Shown piece by piece: positions 28,842 through 38,902 of a stretch of 64,000 nucleotides of DNA. The position numbers were made by a program, and so were the translations under genes. Positions within the stretch are counted from its first letter, which is position 1; each line of letters opens with the position of its first letter. This stretch comes from Dehalococcoidia bacterium. Lineage in GTDB: Bacteria; Chloroflexota; Dehalococcoidia; Plut-88900. The notes beneath the pieces are model-generated. The model was not told the DNA's origin and searched no databases. It worked only from the letters and a program-made list of their open reading frames with translations. The stretch lies in NCBI GenBank assembly GCA_965249275.1, contig CBDFLQ010000006.1:864001-928000 (forward strand), written 5' to 3'.

Positions 28842-29339
28842 CTACTCCTCGGGCCCCGGGCGCGAGATAACTATCGCCCCTATCAGGGCCACCAGCAGCA
28901 CTAGCGACGCGATTTCGAACGGTATGGCCCACTGCTGGAACAGCACCTCTGATATTGCAGTGAACCCCGGACGCTGAGGGTCCTCCACGGGGCCCGGCCA
29001 GTCCGACATCAGGAATATCACCGTAAGCGCGGCGAAGACAGCACCCGTAGCCAGAAAGGCCAGCACGCGCTGGTTGTTGTCCAGCTTCAGCGCCGACTCC
29101 CGGGCCCTGGTCAGCATGAGAGCGAACAGCAGCAATATCGTGATTGCACCGCCGTAGATCAGGACCTGGACTATCGCCAGGAACTCGGCGAGCAGAAGGA
29201 CAAACAGTCCCGACACTGCCAGCAGGGACAGAATAAGAAACAGGGCCGCATGGACCACGTTGCGTGCCGCAACCGTGCCCACAGCCCCGATCATGGTCAT
29301 CGCGGCCAGGATGAAGAAGAAGACCAGTACAGTGGTCAC
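28842..29339 (-). CDS. nuoJ: NADH-quinone oxidoreductase subunit J
   Basis: AEFLAIVQVLIYGGAI, PFEIASLVLLVALIGA; GTG at 29339 overlaps the nuoI stop. Confidence 0.92.
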   Translation of the reverse strand: MTTVLVFFFILAAMTMIGAVGTVAARNVVHAALFLILSLLAVSGLFVLLLAEFLAIVQVLIYGGAITILLLFALMLTRARESALKLDNNQRVLAFLATGAVFAALTVIFLMSDWPGPVEDPQRPGFTAISEVLFQQWAIPFEIASLVLLVALIGAIVISRPGPEE

Positions 29340-29830
29340 TACTCTTCTTCGACCTTCCCTTCCGGCACGGCCTCCGGGTACGCCGGGCCATGCTTTTTTT
29401 CGTAGTCCGACCCCAGGGCGTGGAGGGCGTCCAGGTCGGCCCAAAGACCCCTGCGGCCATACTGTCCTATCTCGTGCTCCTGGGTCATAACTATCGCATC
29501 GAAGTTGCACACCTCCACGCAGATGCCGCAGACAATGCACCGGGACAGGTCCAGCTTGAAGTCCTCGACCATCTTCTTACGCTTGCTCGTGCCCGCTTCG
29601 TAGTTCTCGTTCGGCTTCATGGTCACGTACATGCAATCGGTCGGGCAGTATCGGGCGCAGACCTGGCACCCGACACACTTGGACTCCCCAATCACGTCGT
29701 CCCACAGCAGCCCCGGAAAGCCCATGAACCTGTCTGAAACCGGCAGGTGCTCCTTCGGGTACTGCACCGTCACCGGCGACCTGAGCATCGTCTTGATTGT
29801 CGTGGCGAGACCCTTGATTACACCTATCAT
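29339..29830 (-). CDS. nuoI: NADH-quinone oxidoreductase subunit I
   Basis: TVQYP; two CxxCxxCxxxC ferredoxin motifs. Confidence 0.95.
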   Translation of the reverse strand: MIGVIKGLATTIKTMLRSPVTVQYPKEHLPVSDRFMGFPGLLWDDVIGESKCVGCQVCARYCPTDCMYVTMKPNENYEAGTSKRKKMVEDFKLDLSRCIVCGICVEVCNFDAIVMTQEHEIGQYGRRGLWADLDALHALGSDYEKKHGPAYPEAVPEGKVEEE

Positions 29831-30918
29831 GTCGCCAGCTTCTCCTTACGGACTCTCAAAGCCTCTTCGAACTTCGCCGTCCGTGATTTCTGCCGAATTC
29901 TGATCACCACCCCGCTAACTGCCAACAGCGCCATCGACATCAGGAACATCGACCACGAGGGCCACCCGTAGAATGCGTATATGCCCGTCACCAGGATGTT
30001 GGCGAAGGTCAGGGGAATCAGGAACTGCCAGCATATGGTCATAAGCTGGTCTATGCGGAAGCGGGGCAACGTCGCCCGCAGCCAGAATATCGCCATGATT
30101 ATCGCAGTAGTCTTGATTGCGAACCAGATCACACCCGGGAGGAAAGGCCCGCTCCAGCCTCCCAGGAACAGCACCGTGGCCAGCGCCCCGATGGCGAAGG
30201 TGTTGGCATACTCGGCGAGGAAGAATATGGACCAGTGCATGCCGCTGTACTCGACGTACGGCCCACCGACTATCTCCGACTCCGCAGTCGCTATGTCGAA
30301 GGGCGTGCGTCCTAACTCAGCCAGTCCCGCCACCAGAAAGACGACCAGGCCCAGGGGCTGCAGATAGACGTAGGGATAGCTTCCCTGGCCCAGGACTATC
30401 TCCCGCATGTCCAGGGTCCCGGCCAGCATTACTACCGCAAGTATCACCAGGATTATCGGCAGCTCATAGCTGATGAGCTGCGCCGCGGCTCTGGCCCCGC
30501 CAATTAGGGCGTATTTGTTGTTGGACCCCCAGCTCGCCATGATGATCCCGACAATCGACACCACGGTCACCGCGATGATGTAGAGGATCCCGTACTCCAG
30601 GTTCCTGACGACGAGGTCCTCGGTGAAGGGTATGGTGACCCACAATATGAACGCTGGTACAAAGACGATAATCGGCGCAATCCAGAAGGCTGACCTGTCC
30701 CGAACGGAGGGTGTTATATCCTCCTTGAGGAGCAGCTTCAGGGCGTCGGCGATAGGCTGGAAGATGCCGTGAAAGCCGGTCCGCATCGGGCCCATCCTCA
30801 TCTGGAAACGACCCAGGACCTTGCGCTCGAGGTACGTGAGCAGCAACACCACCACCGTGATCAGCCCGATGATGGCTAGCACCTTCAGAACAGTGAAGAG
30901 GACGTCCAGCCAGCTCAA
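29827..30918 (-). CDS. nuoH: NADH-quinone oxidoreductase subunit H
   Basis: ERKVLG, QPIADALKLLLKED, RTPFD..AESE, PRFRIDQL. Confidence 0.96.
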   Translation of the reverse strand: MSWLDVLFTVLKVLAIIGLITVVVLLLTYLERKVLGRFQMRMGPMRTGFHGIFQPIADALKLLLKEDITPSVRDRSAFWIAPIIVFVPAFILWVTIPFTEDLVVRNLEYGILYIIAVTVVSIVGIIMASWGSNNKYALIGGARAAAQLISYELPIILVILAVVMLAGTLDMREIVLGQGSYPYVYLQPLGLVVFLVAGLAELGRTPFDIATAESEIVGGPYVEYSGMHWSIFFLAEYANTFAIGALATVLFLGGWSGPFLPGVIWFAIKTTAIIMAIFWLRATLPRFRIDQLMTICWQFLIPLTFANILVTGIYAFYGWPSWSMFLMSMALLAVSGVVIRIRQKSRTAKFEEALRVRKEKLAT

Positions 30919-32027
30919 CGGTCGACGTCTCCCAGCACTATGTCTATCGAGCCCAGTATCACTACCGAGTCCGCCAAGTAGGACCCTATGAGCATGTGTC
31001 TCAGCGCCACCAGGTTGCAGAAGGACGGCGTCCTCATCTTTATCCTGTGGGGCTTGTCCTTGCCCTCGCTCACCAGGTAGACGCCCATCTCACCCCGGGG
31101 GTTTTCCGTCCGCACGTACACGTCGCCCTTGGGAGGGCGGAGGGTGCGGGGGGTCTTGGCCATAATCGGGCCAGGCGGCATCTGAGCCATGGCCTGCTTC
31201 ACTATTTTGATCGACTCCCACATCTCCTCCATCCGCACCATGTAACGATCGAAGCAGTCTCCGCTGGCGCCAACAGGTACGTTGAAGTCGAATCTCGGGT
31301 ACAGGAGGTAGGGGTCGTCTTTCCGCAAGTCGTAGGCCAGCCCCGAGGCCCGCAAGTTGGGGCCTGTCACCCCGAAGTCGATAGCCGTCTCCGCGTCGAT
31401 GACGCCCACGCCAATGGTGCGCTCCAGAAAAAGCTCGTTCTTGGACAGCAGGTCTTCGCACTCGGTGATGCCCTTTTCGAGCATCGGGAGGAGGGCGTCG
31501 AGCCTCTGGTTAAAGTCGTCCGGCAGGTCCCGAAATACACCTCCCACGCGGAAGTAGCCGTGCATCATCCGGGCACCGCTCACCGACTCGAAGAGGGCCT
31601 GCATCTGCTCCCTCTCCCGGAACCCGTACAGGAACGGGGTGATTGCTCCGCAATCTGCGCCGAAGGCGCCGTAGAAGAGCAGGTGGCTCGCTATCCGGTT
31701 CAGCTCGCACATTATCAGGCGGATGTACTGGGCCCGCTCCGGGACCTCGAGCCCCATCAGCTTCTCAACCGCCATCACGTAGGGAAGCTCGTTGTTGAAG
31801 GAAGATACGTAGTCGAGCCTGTCGAAGAGGTCGATGATCTGGCGGTAGTCCTCCGCCTCGCACAGCTTCTCCGACCCCCGGTGCAGATATCCGATGTGCG
31901 GCACGACGTCGACTATGTTCTCGCCGTCCACGGTCAGCACCATGCGGAACACACCATGAGTGCTGGGGTGCTGAGGCCCCATGTTCAACATCATGTCGAC
32001 AGTGTCGAGCGGCTGATCGATGGTCAC
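30915..32027 (-). CDS. nuoD: NADH-quinone oxidoreductase subunit D
   Basis: NMGPQHPSTHGVFR, GYLHRG, ELNRIASH, GDVDR; GTG at 32027 overlaps the nuoC stop. Confidence 0.95.
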   Translation of the reverse strand: MTIDQPLDTVDMMLNMGPQHPSTHGVFRMVLTVDGENIVDVVPHIGYLHRGSEKLCEAEDYRQIIDLFDRLDYVSSFNNELPYVMAVEKLMGLEVPERAQYIRLIMCELNRIASHLLFYGAFGADCGAITPFLYGFREREQMQALFESVSGARMMHGYFRVGGVFRDLPDDFNQRLDALLPMLEKGITECEDLLSKNELFLERTIGVGVIDAETAIDFGVTGPNLRASGLAYDLRKDDPYLLYPRFDFNVPVGASGDCFDRYMVRMEEMWESIKIVKQAMAQMPPGPIMAKTPRTLRPPKGDVYVRTENPRGEMGVYLVSEGKDKPHRIKMRTPSFCNLVALRHMLIGSYLADSVVILGSIDIVLGDVDR

Positions 32028-32542
32028 TGGGGCACCTCGATGTCGTCCGGTATCTGTATCTCGGCGAAGGGATACTCCTTGCGGCCCGGGAACCCTTCGA
32101 ACCCATCCCAAAGCAGCAGAGGCCGGGGGTCGGGGTGTCCCGTGTACGCTACCCCGAACAGCTCCGCTCCCTCTCTTTCGAACCATTCCGCGCCCGCCCA
32201 TACCCGTGACACGGAGGCGAAGACCGGATTGTCCCAGGGGGCGCTGGCCTTGAACACGGCCCCATGCCCGAGGCTCGTGGAGTAGAGATGGTAGACGGTC
32301 TGAAACACGTCGTCATATTCGACTACGGAGAGGCAGCTCAGAAAGTCGAACCGGAGCCTCGGGTCTTCCTTGGCCATGCGGCAGATGACATCGGCCTGTA
32401 CCGGCTCTATCGACATCTCCACCTGGTTAAGGTTAAGGGTCGGTTCCCTGCCGGAGAAGACCTCTTTCAGAATATCGAGAGTCGCCAGCGCTTTGGGATC
32501 CGGCTCGGGGGGCGGGGGGCCCTTTTTCCCCTTGGGCGGCAT
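32024..32542 (-). CDS. nuoC: NADH-quinone oxidoreductase subunit C
   Basis: VYHLYS, W.GAEWFERE..ELFG, GHPD.RPLLL. Confidence 0.9.
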   Translation of the reverse strand: MPPKGKKGPPPPEPDPKALATLDILKEVFSGREPTLNLNQVEMSIEPVQADVICRMAKEDPRLRFDFLSCLSVVEYDDVFQTVYHLYSTSLGHGAVFKASAPWDNPVFASVSRVWAGAEWFEREGAELFGVAYTGHPDPRPLLLWDGFEGFPGRKEYPFAEIQIPDDIEVPQ

Positions 32543-32544
32543 AC

Positions 32545-33063
32545 CTAGGTCCCGACCTCGCCGCGCTCGCGCATGATCTTTTCCTGCAGCTTCAGGATGC
32601 CGTCCATAAGCGCCTCGGGGCGGGGGGGACAGCCGGGCACATACACGTCAACGGGGATAATTTTATCCACGCCCATCACCACCGAGTAAGATTTCTGGTA
32701 CGGCCCCCCGGCGCTGGCGCAGCTGCCCATTGCAATCACCCACTTCGGTGATGGCATCTGTTCATAGAGAAGCTTGATGGGCTCCTCCATCTTCTTCACA
32801 ACCGTCCCCGCCACGATCATCAGGTCCGACTGCCGGGGCGAGGGCCACGGGACTATCCCGAACCTGTCCAGATCATGGTGCGACATGAAGGTGCTTATCA
32901 TCTCGATGGCACAGCACGCGAGCCCGAACTGCAACGGCCAAAGGGAAGATTTCCGCGCCATGGCGAATATCTGGTCTGCCTTGGCAGTGATGATGCCGGG
33001 GGCTGCGCTCTTGAACAGGCTCTTCCCCGGCCAGTTGCGCCGGTCGCCGGGGTTTACTTCCAA
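32545..33063 (-). CDS. nuoB: NADH-quinone oxidoreductase subunit B
   Basis: [31 protein letters not shown]; probable TTG start at 33063. Confidence 0.95.
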   Translation of the reverse strand: MEVNPGDRRNWPGKSLFKSAAPGIITAKADQIFAMARKSSLWPLQFGLACCAIEMISTFMSHHDLDRFGIVPWPSPRQSDLMIVAGTVVKKMEEPIKLLYEQMPSPKWVIAMGSCASAGGPYQKSYSVVMGVDKIIPVDVYVPGCPPRPEALMDGILKLQEKIMRERGEVGT

Positions 33064-33422
33064 CGGAGCATCCCTTTGCGCCAGCTGTACAGCAGACCGA
33101 AGAGCAGGATGGCGATGAACAGCATCATCTCGTAGAAAATGACGGGGCCGTTGCTCTTGAATATCACCGCCCAGGGAAACAGGAAGGCAGCTTCGACGTC
33201 GAAAATGAGGAAGAGGATGGCGAAGATGTAGTAGCGGATGTGGATCTGGGACCAGAATCGGCCCACGGGAGGGATGCCGCACTCGTAGGGGATGTCTTTG
33301 GCCTCGGACTTGCTCTTCGGAGCCAGGAGCATGGAGCCAAGGAACGCGAAAAGCACCATCAGGGTGCCAGCAATGACGGCGATAAGAACGGCGGTGTATT
33401 CGAGAGAGTACTGTTCCGGCAC
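33054..33422 (-). CDS. nuoA: NADH-quinone oxidoreductase subunit A
   Basis: PYECG, FLIFDVE..FLFPWA, YSWRKG.L.W. Confidence 0.95.
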   Translation of the reverse strand: MPEQYSLEYTAVLIAVIAGTLMVLFAFLGSMLLAPKSKSEAKDIPYECGIPPVGRFWSQIHIRYYIFAILFLIFDVEAAFLFPWAVIFKSNGPVIFYEMMLFIAILLFGLLYSWRKGMLRWK

Positions 33423-33555
33423 GTGCCTTATTCGTTATCTAGGGCCCTAGCCTAGGCCCTGAGCAAATCCCTTTTAGTCGCGCTTACAGCCCTTCATAAC
33501 AATGCCAAAATCGGAGGTGCTTTTCCGTCCGGCGGCCAAGCGAGATCGGAGTAGC

Positions 33556-33585
33556 AATATACCAATCTCACCCCCTCAACGTCAA
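33556..33585 (-). promoter_or_regulatory. Sigma70-like promoter for the nuo operon
   Basis: TTGACG-N18-TATATT on the - strand. Confidence 0.6.
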
Positions 33586-33674
33586 GAAAAACAACCACAT
33601 AAAGAGGAGCGGTTGGCTAAGCCAACCGCTTATTCGTGTCCATTCTCATAGGGGCGGGGGAGTACCGGGTACAC

Positions 33675-33986
33675 TCACCCTCCCAGAGCCCGCAAGAAGA
33701 GCCCGATACTGTACGTCCCCACAAACACCGGCACCATCCCGATACTCGGGCGGATGTTTCTCTCCGTCTTCTCCAGGTACAGCCGAGCTATCGCCACCAG
33801 CAAGACTATCATGATCAGGAACGCCACTAACGTCGTCACCCCGATGACCACGCCGACTATCAGCCCGCCGAGCGCCCACGCCAATAGCTCCGTGTCGGAG
33901 CGCCTCAGCGGGCCGAATATGCCCTTCTGAGCGTCAGGTTTATCGCTTCTGGCCTGCCTCTTTCCGGACTTTCTTCTAGGACTCAG
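33675..33986 (-). CDS. Small membrane protein of unknown function
   Basis: Three hydrophobic segments; frame stays open upstream to a CTG overlapping the tmk stop (CTGA); start uncertain. Confidence 0.6.
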   Translation of the reverse strand: MSPRRKSGKRQARSDKPDAQKGIFGPLRRSDTELLAWALGGLIVGVVIGVTTLVAFLIMIVLLVAIARLYLEKTERNIRPSIGMVPVFVGTYSIGLFLRALGG

Positions 33987-34717
33987 ATCAACCTTCTATT
34001 CTCCAGGCTGTCCTGGTTTTCGGTTATATGGGTCATGGTTTTGGGCAGCAGCGGCTTTACCCTTTCCCATATCTCTGAGGATACGATATCCGAGGCCCGG
34101 CTGGCATCCACAACGAGCCATGTCCCCGGGTCTCGCCTGGCCTGCTTCAAGTACCCTTCCCGGACCCTCTTGTGGAATGTGATGTTCTCATCCTCGAACT
34201 TTCGGCCCTCTTTGTCCACCCGGCCCCCCTGCCCCGCGTTCTCTTCCATCGAAAGCTCCGGTGCAAGGGCAGCGATGCGTTTCATGGCCTCCTCAGGCTC
34301 CATGTCCAGCAGTATCGTCAGGTCGGGCATGACATCTTTGGTAGCTATCAGATTGACGGCCTGGATCTGCTTTTGCGTCGGCCCACCTTTACGACCCTCG
34401 TACCCGTAGCCCTGGTAAGCGATGGTGGAGTGCACGTAGCGGTCCGCGATTACTATGGAGCCCCGTTCCAACTCAGGCCCGATGTGCCTGGTTACCAGTT
34501 CCGCCCTCGCCGCCGAGAACAGGAGAAGTTCCGCAATTGGTGTCGGGGGGGTCTGGCCCTTGAGGAGCGGCCTGAGTTTTTCTCCGAGGGCCGTTCCACC
34601 CGGTTCCCTCACCAGCGAGCAGACGTAGCCTTCCAGCCTGAGTCTATCCCACAGTTGTCGGGCCTGAGAAGTCTTGCCCGTACCCTCGCCGCCTTCAAAG
34701 GTTATGAAAAGTCCCAT
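33983..34717 (-). CDS. tmk: Thymidylate kinase
   Basis: FITFEGGEGTGKTSQ, REPGGT, DRYVHSTIAYQG, PDLTILLD. Confidence 0.95.
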   Translation of the reverse strand: MGLFITFEGGEGTGKTSQARQLWDRLRLEGYVCSLVREPGGTALGEKLRPLLKGQTPPTPIAELLLFSAARAELVTRHIGPELERGSIVIADRYVHSTIAYQGYGYEGRKGGPTQKQIQAVNLIATKDVMPDLTILLDMEPEEAMKRIAALAPELSMEENAGQGGRVDKEGRKFEDENITFHKRVREGYLKQARRDPGTWLVVDASRASDIVSSEIWERVKPLLPKTMTHITENQDSLENRRLI

Positions 34718-34735
34718 AGGGTTTGACAGCCCAGC

Positions 34736-36280
34736 CTAATAGGGGGCCGGGTTCCTTCTGGTCGGCTGACCGCCGGGCCGCGAGATGTTAACGTGCCGCA
34801 TCGGGTCCGTCCCCACACTGAAAGATTCCAGGTTGGAACGCTCCGCCGTCTGGTGCTGAAGCCGCCGGATGAAGCTGCTCTGGGGGCTCAACGCCACCGA
34901 GTCCTCTCCCGTCTCCACTTGCCGTACAGCGTCCTCAGCCTCCTTTATCGCCGAGTTTAACGGGTCGCCCTTCTTCTCCAGACCGAACACCGACATCAGG
35001 TACTGCTCAATCTGGCTCACGCTGCTGTGGCGCAGCACGAAGACGGGCACACCCTCGGCTTCCGCGGCCCGGAGGGCCTGGGGTCTCTTCCGGTAGAAGG
35101 TCTTCGTGGTTATCACAAGGTCGGCGTCCCGGAATCCCTCCACAAGGCTTACGGGGAGTTTCAGCTTCTTGATTACGCTTTCCATTCGACCACGATTTAC
35201 ACCAAAAGAGTAGATGCGGGAAATCCCTGCCAGCATCTTAGGCCTGGGCTCGACGGACGGGCCAGGCGCCGGAGTCCGAGTCTCTACTTTCTTACTGACG
35301 TTACCTTCCTCGTCCAGCCAGCGCTCTTCCGGGGGCGCGGATCTCTGCCGCAACGTCAAGTCCACCGTCGTCGACACGTCCGTGTGTACTGCCACCTTGT
35401 CCCAGCTCTGTATCTCTACCACTATGTCGAATGTCGGGGGGGCCTTCCGCTCCAGAATGGACTTCTGCGTTCCTCTTCGCCGCGCCTCGTCATCACCCAG
35501 CGTCACCGACTGAATGCCCCCGATCAGGTCCGAAAGCGTGGGGTTCTGGATCAGGTTGTCCAGGTTGTTCCCGTGGGCCGTGGCCACCAACTGCACGCCC
35601 CGCTCCCCTATCGTTCGGGCGGCGGTTGCCTCAAGCTCCGTGCCTATCTCATCGATGATGATCACCTGGGGCATGTGGTTCTCCACGGCCTCAATCATCA
35701 CGGCATGTTGAAAGGCGGGGGTCGGGACCTGCATCCGGCGTGCCCGCCCTATGGCCGGATGGGGAATGTCTCCATCTCCGGCTATCTCGTTGGAAGTGTC
35801 CACGATGACGACCCGCTTCCGCATGTCGTCAGCCAGCACCCGTGCCACCTCCCGCAGCATCGTCGTCTTCCCGACACCCGGTCTCCCCAGGAGCAGAATG
35901 CTCTTGCCCGACTTTACCAGGTCATCAATAACCCGTATTGTGCCGTAGACCGCCCGCCCGACCCGGCAGGTCAACCCAACGATATTACCCTTCCGGTTCC
36001 TTAGCGCCGAGATTCGGTGCAGCGTCCTTTCGATTCCCGCCCGGTTGTCATCCCCGAAGCTGCCTATCCGCTCCGCGACGAAGTCCAGTTCCTCCTGAGT
36101 CACCTCGGTGTCCTGAAGGTATGCCTCTCCGTCAGGGAAGCGGGCCTCGGGCTTCCGGCCCAGGTCCATGACCACTTCCAACAGCTCCTTCCCGTCCTGC
36201 CGTTCCCGCAGCCGCTCCTGCAGGTGAGACGGCAGAGTCTGGAGCAGCGCCCCCAGATCGTCCGTTATCTGTTTTTCCAT
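34736..36280 (-). CDS. Ycf45/SpoIIIAA-like AAA ATPase with C-terminal R3H domain
   Basis: IERTLHRIS, GRPGVGKTTMLRE, DTSNEIAGDGD, EAVENHMP; R3H motif RRLQH. Confidence 0.88.
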   Translation of the reverse strand: MEKQITDDLGALLQTLPSHLQERLRERQDGKELLEVVMDLGRKPEARFPDGEAYLQDTEVTQEELDFVAERIGSFGDDNRAGIERTLHRISALRNRKGNIVGLTCRVGRAVYGTIRVIDDLVKSGKSILLLGRPGVGKTTMLREVARVLADDMRKRVVIVDTSNEIAGDGDIPHPAIGRARRMQVPTPAFQHAVMIEAVENHMPQVIIIDEIGTELEATAARTIGERGVQLVATAHGNNLDNLIQNPTLSDLIGGIQSVTLGDDEARRRGTQKSILERKAPPTFDIVVEIQSWDKVAVHTDVSTTVDLTLRQRSAPPEERWLDEEGNVSKKVETRTPAPGPSVEPRPKMLAGISRIYSFGVNRGRMESVIKKLKLPVSLVEGFRDADLVITTKTFYRKRPQALRAAEAEGVPVFVLRHSSVSQIEQYLMSVFGLEKKGDPLNSAIKEAEDAVRQVETGEDSVALSPQSSFIRRLQHQTAERSNLESFSVGTDPMRHVNISRPGGQPTRRNPAPY

Positions 36281-36303
36281 TCCCGTTTAACCGCCTATTG
36301 CTG

Positions 36304-37239
36304 CTATTCCGCACCTATGGGCACCAGAGAAGGCCGCTTGATCTTGGCCGTAACGTTTCGCACCCCCCTGGAATATTCCTGCACCAATGTGTACCCTCGG
36401 GCCTCCAGGGCTTGCATAAGTGGCGATTCGAACTCTGTGGCCATGCAGTGCACAGTCTCCAGGCCGGCCATCCGACTCTCCACCAGGTGCAGGATGTCGT
36501 CGGGGGATATCGAGGCCCCGGGCCTGATCATGATACTGAAGTAGCCCGCCCTCCCCTGCACCCGAGTCCCCACCCATCCCACCGTCAAACCCTTCTCCAC
36601 AACAAAAAACTGCCCGGAGTTTCGTCCTGTCCAGTTTCCTGCCCGGGTCTGCCTCCAGTAATCAAGGGTCTGGCCCTCCACCACTCTCACGTGGAAAGGA
36701 TACACGGCGTTGTAGAGCTGGAACACAGTGAACTCGTTGGATTGCGTCACCGGTTGCAGTTCAGCGTCCGTTCCACTGCCCGCAGTTTCCGTTCCGGAAC
36801 GTGTGTCCCGACGGTACAAACGCTCCCGAAGATAAAAGGTAAATCCCACGGCCCGGACCCCGTCCCGGCACGGGCTATCTTCCGCAACCCTTATAAACAA
36901 CCTGTCGACTCCCCGCCGGCCTGCGTTGAGGATAAGACCATTGAGCAGGTCCATGAGCGAATGCCCCAGGTCCGGGGAAAGGGCCAGGGAACTCACCTCC
37001 CAAACCGTAGGGCTTCCCATATCCTGGGCCAGGGCCAGTCCCTTCACCTTGAATCCCCTGGTCAGGACGCAGGTGTGCCTACGGGGCGCGAGGCCCAGCA
37101 AGGGCTTGGGGGAGATTACGTCCAGCATGGACAGACGGTCCGAGCCCAGCTTCCTGTGGGGTTTCGCCTGGTTGGGCAGCTTTCCCATGCCGGAAAAGAC
37201 CAGCCTGACCAGATCAAAAGGGCTGATGGTCCTTATCAT
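36304..37239 (-). CDS. Hypothetical protein, possibly a tandem GNAT-like fold
   Basis: Long ORF inside a co-oriented operon; ATG 37239 (MIRTISPFDL); WEVSSL and ..RAVGF patterns resemble GNAT (inference). Confidence 0.65.
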   Translation of the reverse strand: MIRTISPFDLVRLVFSGMGKLPNQAKPHRKLGSDRLSMLDVISPKPLLGLAPRRHTCVLTRGFKVKGLALAQDMGSPTVWEVSSLALSPDLGHSLMDLLNGLILNAGRRGVDRLFIRVAEDSPCRDGVRAVGFTFYLRERLYRRDTRSGTETAGSGTDAELQPVTQSNEFTVFQLYNAVYPFHVRVVEGQTLDYWRQTRAGNWTGRNSGQFFVVEKGLTVGWVGTRVQGRAGYFSIMIRPGASISPDDILHLVESRMAGLETVHCMATEFESPLMQALEARGYTLVQEYSRGVRNVTAKIKRPSLVPIGAE

Positions 37240-37297
37240 AGTCCCCGAGTCTGCTCGCCCGTCATCCGTATATGCGTGTACTCCGAACCGGGCCCCG

Positions 37298-37873
37298 TCA
37301 ACGGCGGCCCATATCCAGGAACAACTTGTGGAACCGGGCATCGTCGGTGAGTTCGGGATGGAATGAGGTTACCAGGACGTTGCCCTGGCGTGCCGCCACC
37401 GGCGTACCGTTTTCCAGCTGGGTAATGAGATCGACTCCCGGCCCCATCCGTTCTATCCAGGGCGCCCTGATGAACACCGCATGAAATGGACTTCCCCCCA
37501 ACGCGGGGACAGGGAGGTCCGCCTCGAAACTGTCTATCTGAGACCCGAACGCGTTCCTTCTCACGTCAAGGTCTATAAGACCCATAGGCACTAGAACGTC
37601 GCCAATCACGCGGCTAGAGGAAACAATCATGCCCGCGCACGTACCCCACAAGGGCTTACCGGACTCTGCGAACTGCTTCACGGGCTCCACGAGCCCGTAA
37701 ATTTCCATGAGCTTCGTGATGGTGGTGCTTTCGCCGCCGGGGATCACCAAGCCGTCGAGTTCGTCAAGTTGCCGCGGCAACCGGACTTCCGAGGTCTCGA
37801 CACCCAGGTCACTGAATATCTTACAGTGCTCGGCGAAGTCTCCCTGGATCGCCAGGACTCCTACCTTCTCCAT
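37298..37873 (-). CDS. pdxT: PLP synthase glutaminase subunit
   Basis: GVLAIQGDF.EH, PGGESTT, GTCAG, FIRAP, FHPEL. Confidence 0.96.
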   Translation of the reverse strand: MEKVGVLAIQGDFAEHCKIFSDLGVETSEVRLPRQLDELDGLVIPGGESTTITKLMEIYGLVEPVKQFAESGKPLWGTCAGMIVSSSRVIGDVLVPMGLIDLDVRRNAFGSQIDSFEADLPVPALGGSPFHAVFIRAPWIERMGPGVDLITQLENGTPVAARQGNVLVTSFHPELTDDARFHKLFLDMGRR

Positions 37874-37897
37874 CAGAGAAGGGACACCTCCGCGAGT

Positions 37898-38779
37898 CTA
37901 CCAGCCCCTGGAGGCCAGGAGAGCCTCCGGCGGCAGGTCCTTTGCAGACATCCCCTTCATCGGCGTTCCCAGGCCTTCCGAGACTCGAGCCACGATGTCC
38001 GCGTCCTTGTAATGGGTCGTCGCCTCGACTATCGCCCGGGCCCTCGGGGCAGGGTCATCGGACTTGAAGATGCCGGAGCCCACGAACACACCCTCGGCGC
38101 CAAGCTGCATGACGAGGGCAGCATCAGCAGGGGTCGCTATGCCGCCTGCGCAGAAGTTCACCACTGGCAACTTGCCGCTTTCCCTGACCTCGGCGACTAG
38201 CTCGCGGGATGCACGCATCTCCTCGGCTGCGATGGTCAGCTGGTCGTCATCCAGCTCACGCAGCCCTTCGATGCCCTCCGTAACAGTACGCAGGTGGTTG
38301 ACGGCCTCTACGATGTCTCCCGTACCGGCCTCGCCCTTGGTCCTGATCATCGCCGCGCCTTCGTCGATGCGCCGGAGGGCCTCGCCCAGGTTACGGCACC
38401 CGCATACGAAGGGGACATTGAAGTTGTGCTTCCAGACGTGATATTTCTCGTCGGCAGGCGTAAGGACCTCCGACTCGTCAATGTAGTCGACAGCGATTGC
38501 CTCAAGCACCTGGGCCTCGGCGAAGTGGCCGATGCGGCATTTCGCCATGACCGGAATCGTGACCGCGTCCTTGATGGCTTTGATTATCTCGGGGTCCGAC
38601 ATCCGGGCAACGCCGCCGTCCCTCCTGATGTCCGCGGGGACCCGTTCGAGGGCCATAACCGCGCATGCACCCGCGTCCTCAGCGATCTTGGCCTGCTCCG
38701 GGGTTACCACGTCCATGATCACCCCGCCCTTCAGCATCTGCGCCAGTCCCGCCTTTACTTTCCATGTCCCCTTGTCCAT
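37898..38779 (-). CDS. pdxS: PLP synthase lyase subunit
   Basis: [43 protein letters not shown]. Confidence 0.97.
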   Translation of the reverse strand: MDKGTWKVKAGLAQMLKGGVIMDVVTPEQAKIAEDAGACAVMALERVPADIRRDGGVARMSDPEIIKAIKDAVTIPVMAKCRIGHFAEAQVLEAIAVDYIDESEVLTPADEKYHVWKHNFNVPFVCGCRNLGEALRRIDEGAAMIRTKGEAGTGDIVEAVNHLRTVTEGIEGLRELDDDQLTIAAEEMRASRELVAEVRESGKLPVVNFCAGGIATPADAALVMQLGAEGVFVGSGIFKSDDPAPRARAIVEATTHYKDADIVARVSEGLGTPMKGMSAKDLPPEALLASRGW

Positions 38780-38902
38780 CTTAGCCCCTCCTTGGTCCTT
38801 TGCGACGGGATTCCGTCAAGTGCGAAATTCTCATTATGATAACGGAAGATATTCTATCATAACGCAGTTTTGGAGGGACGATCATCCCGGCCGGCCCCGA
38901 CC

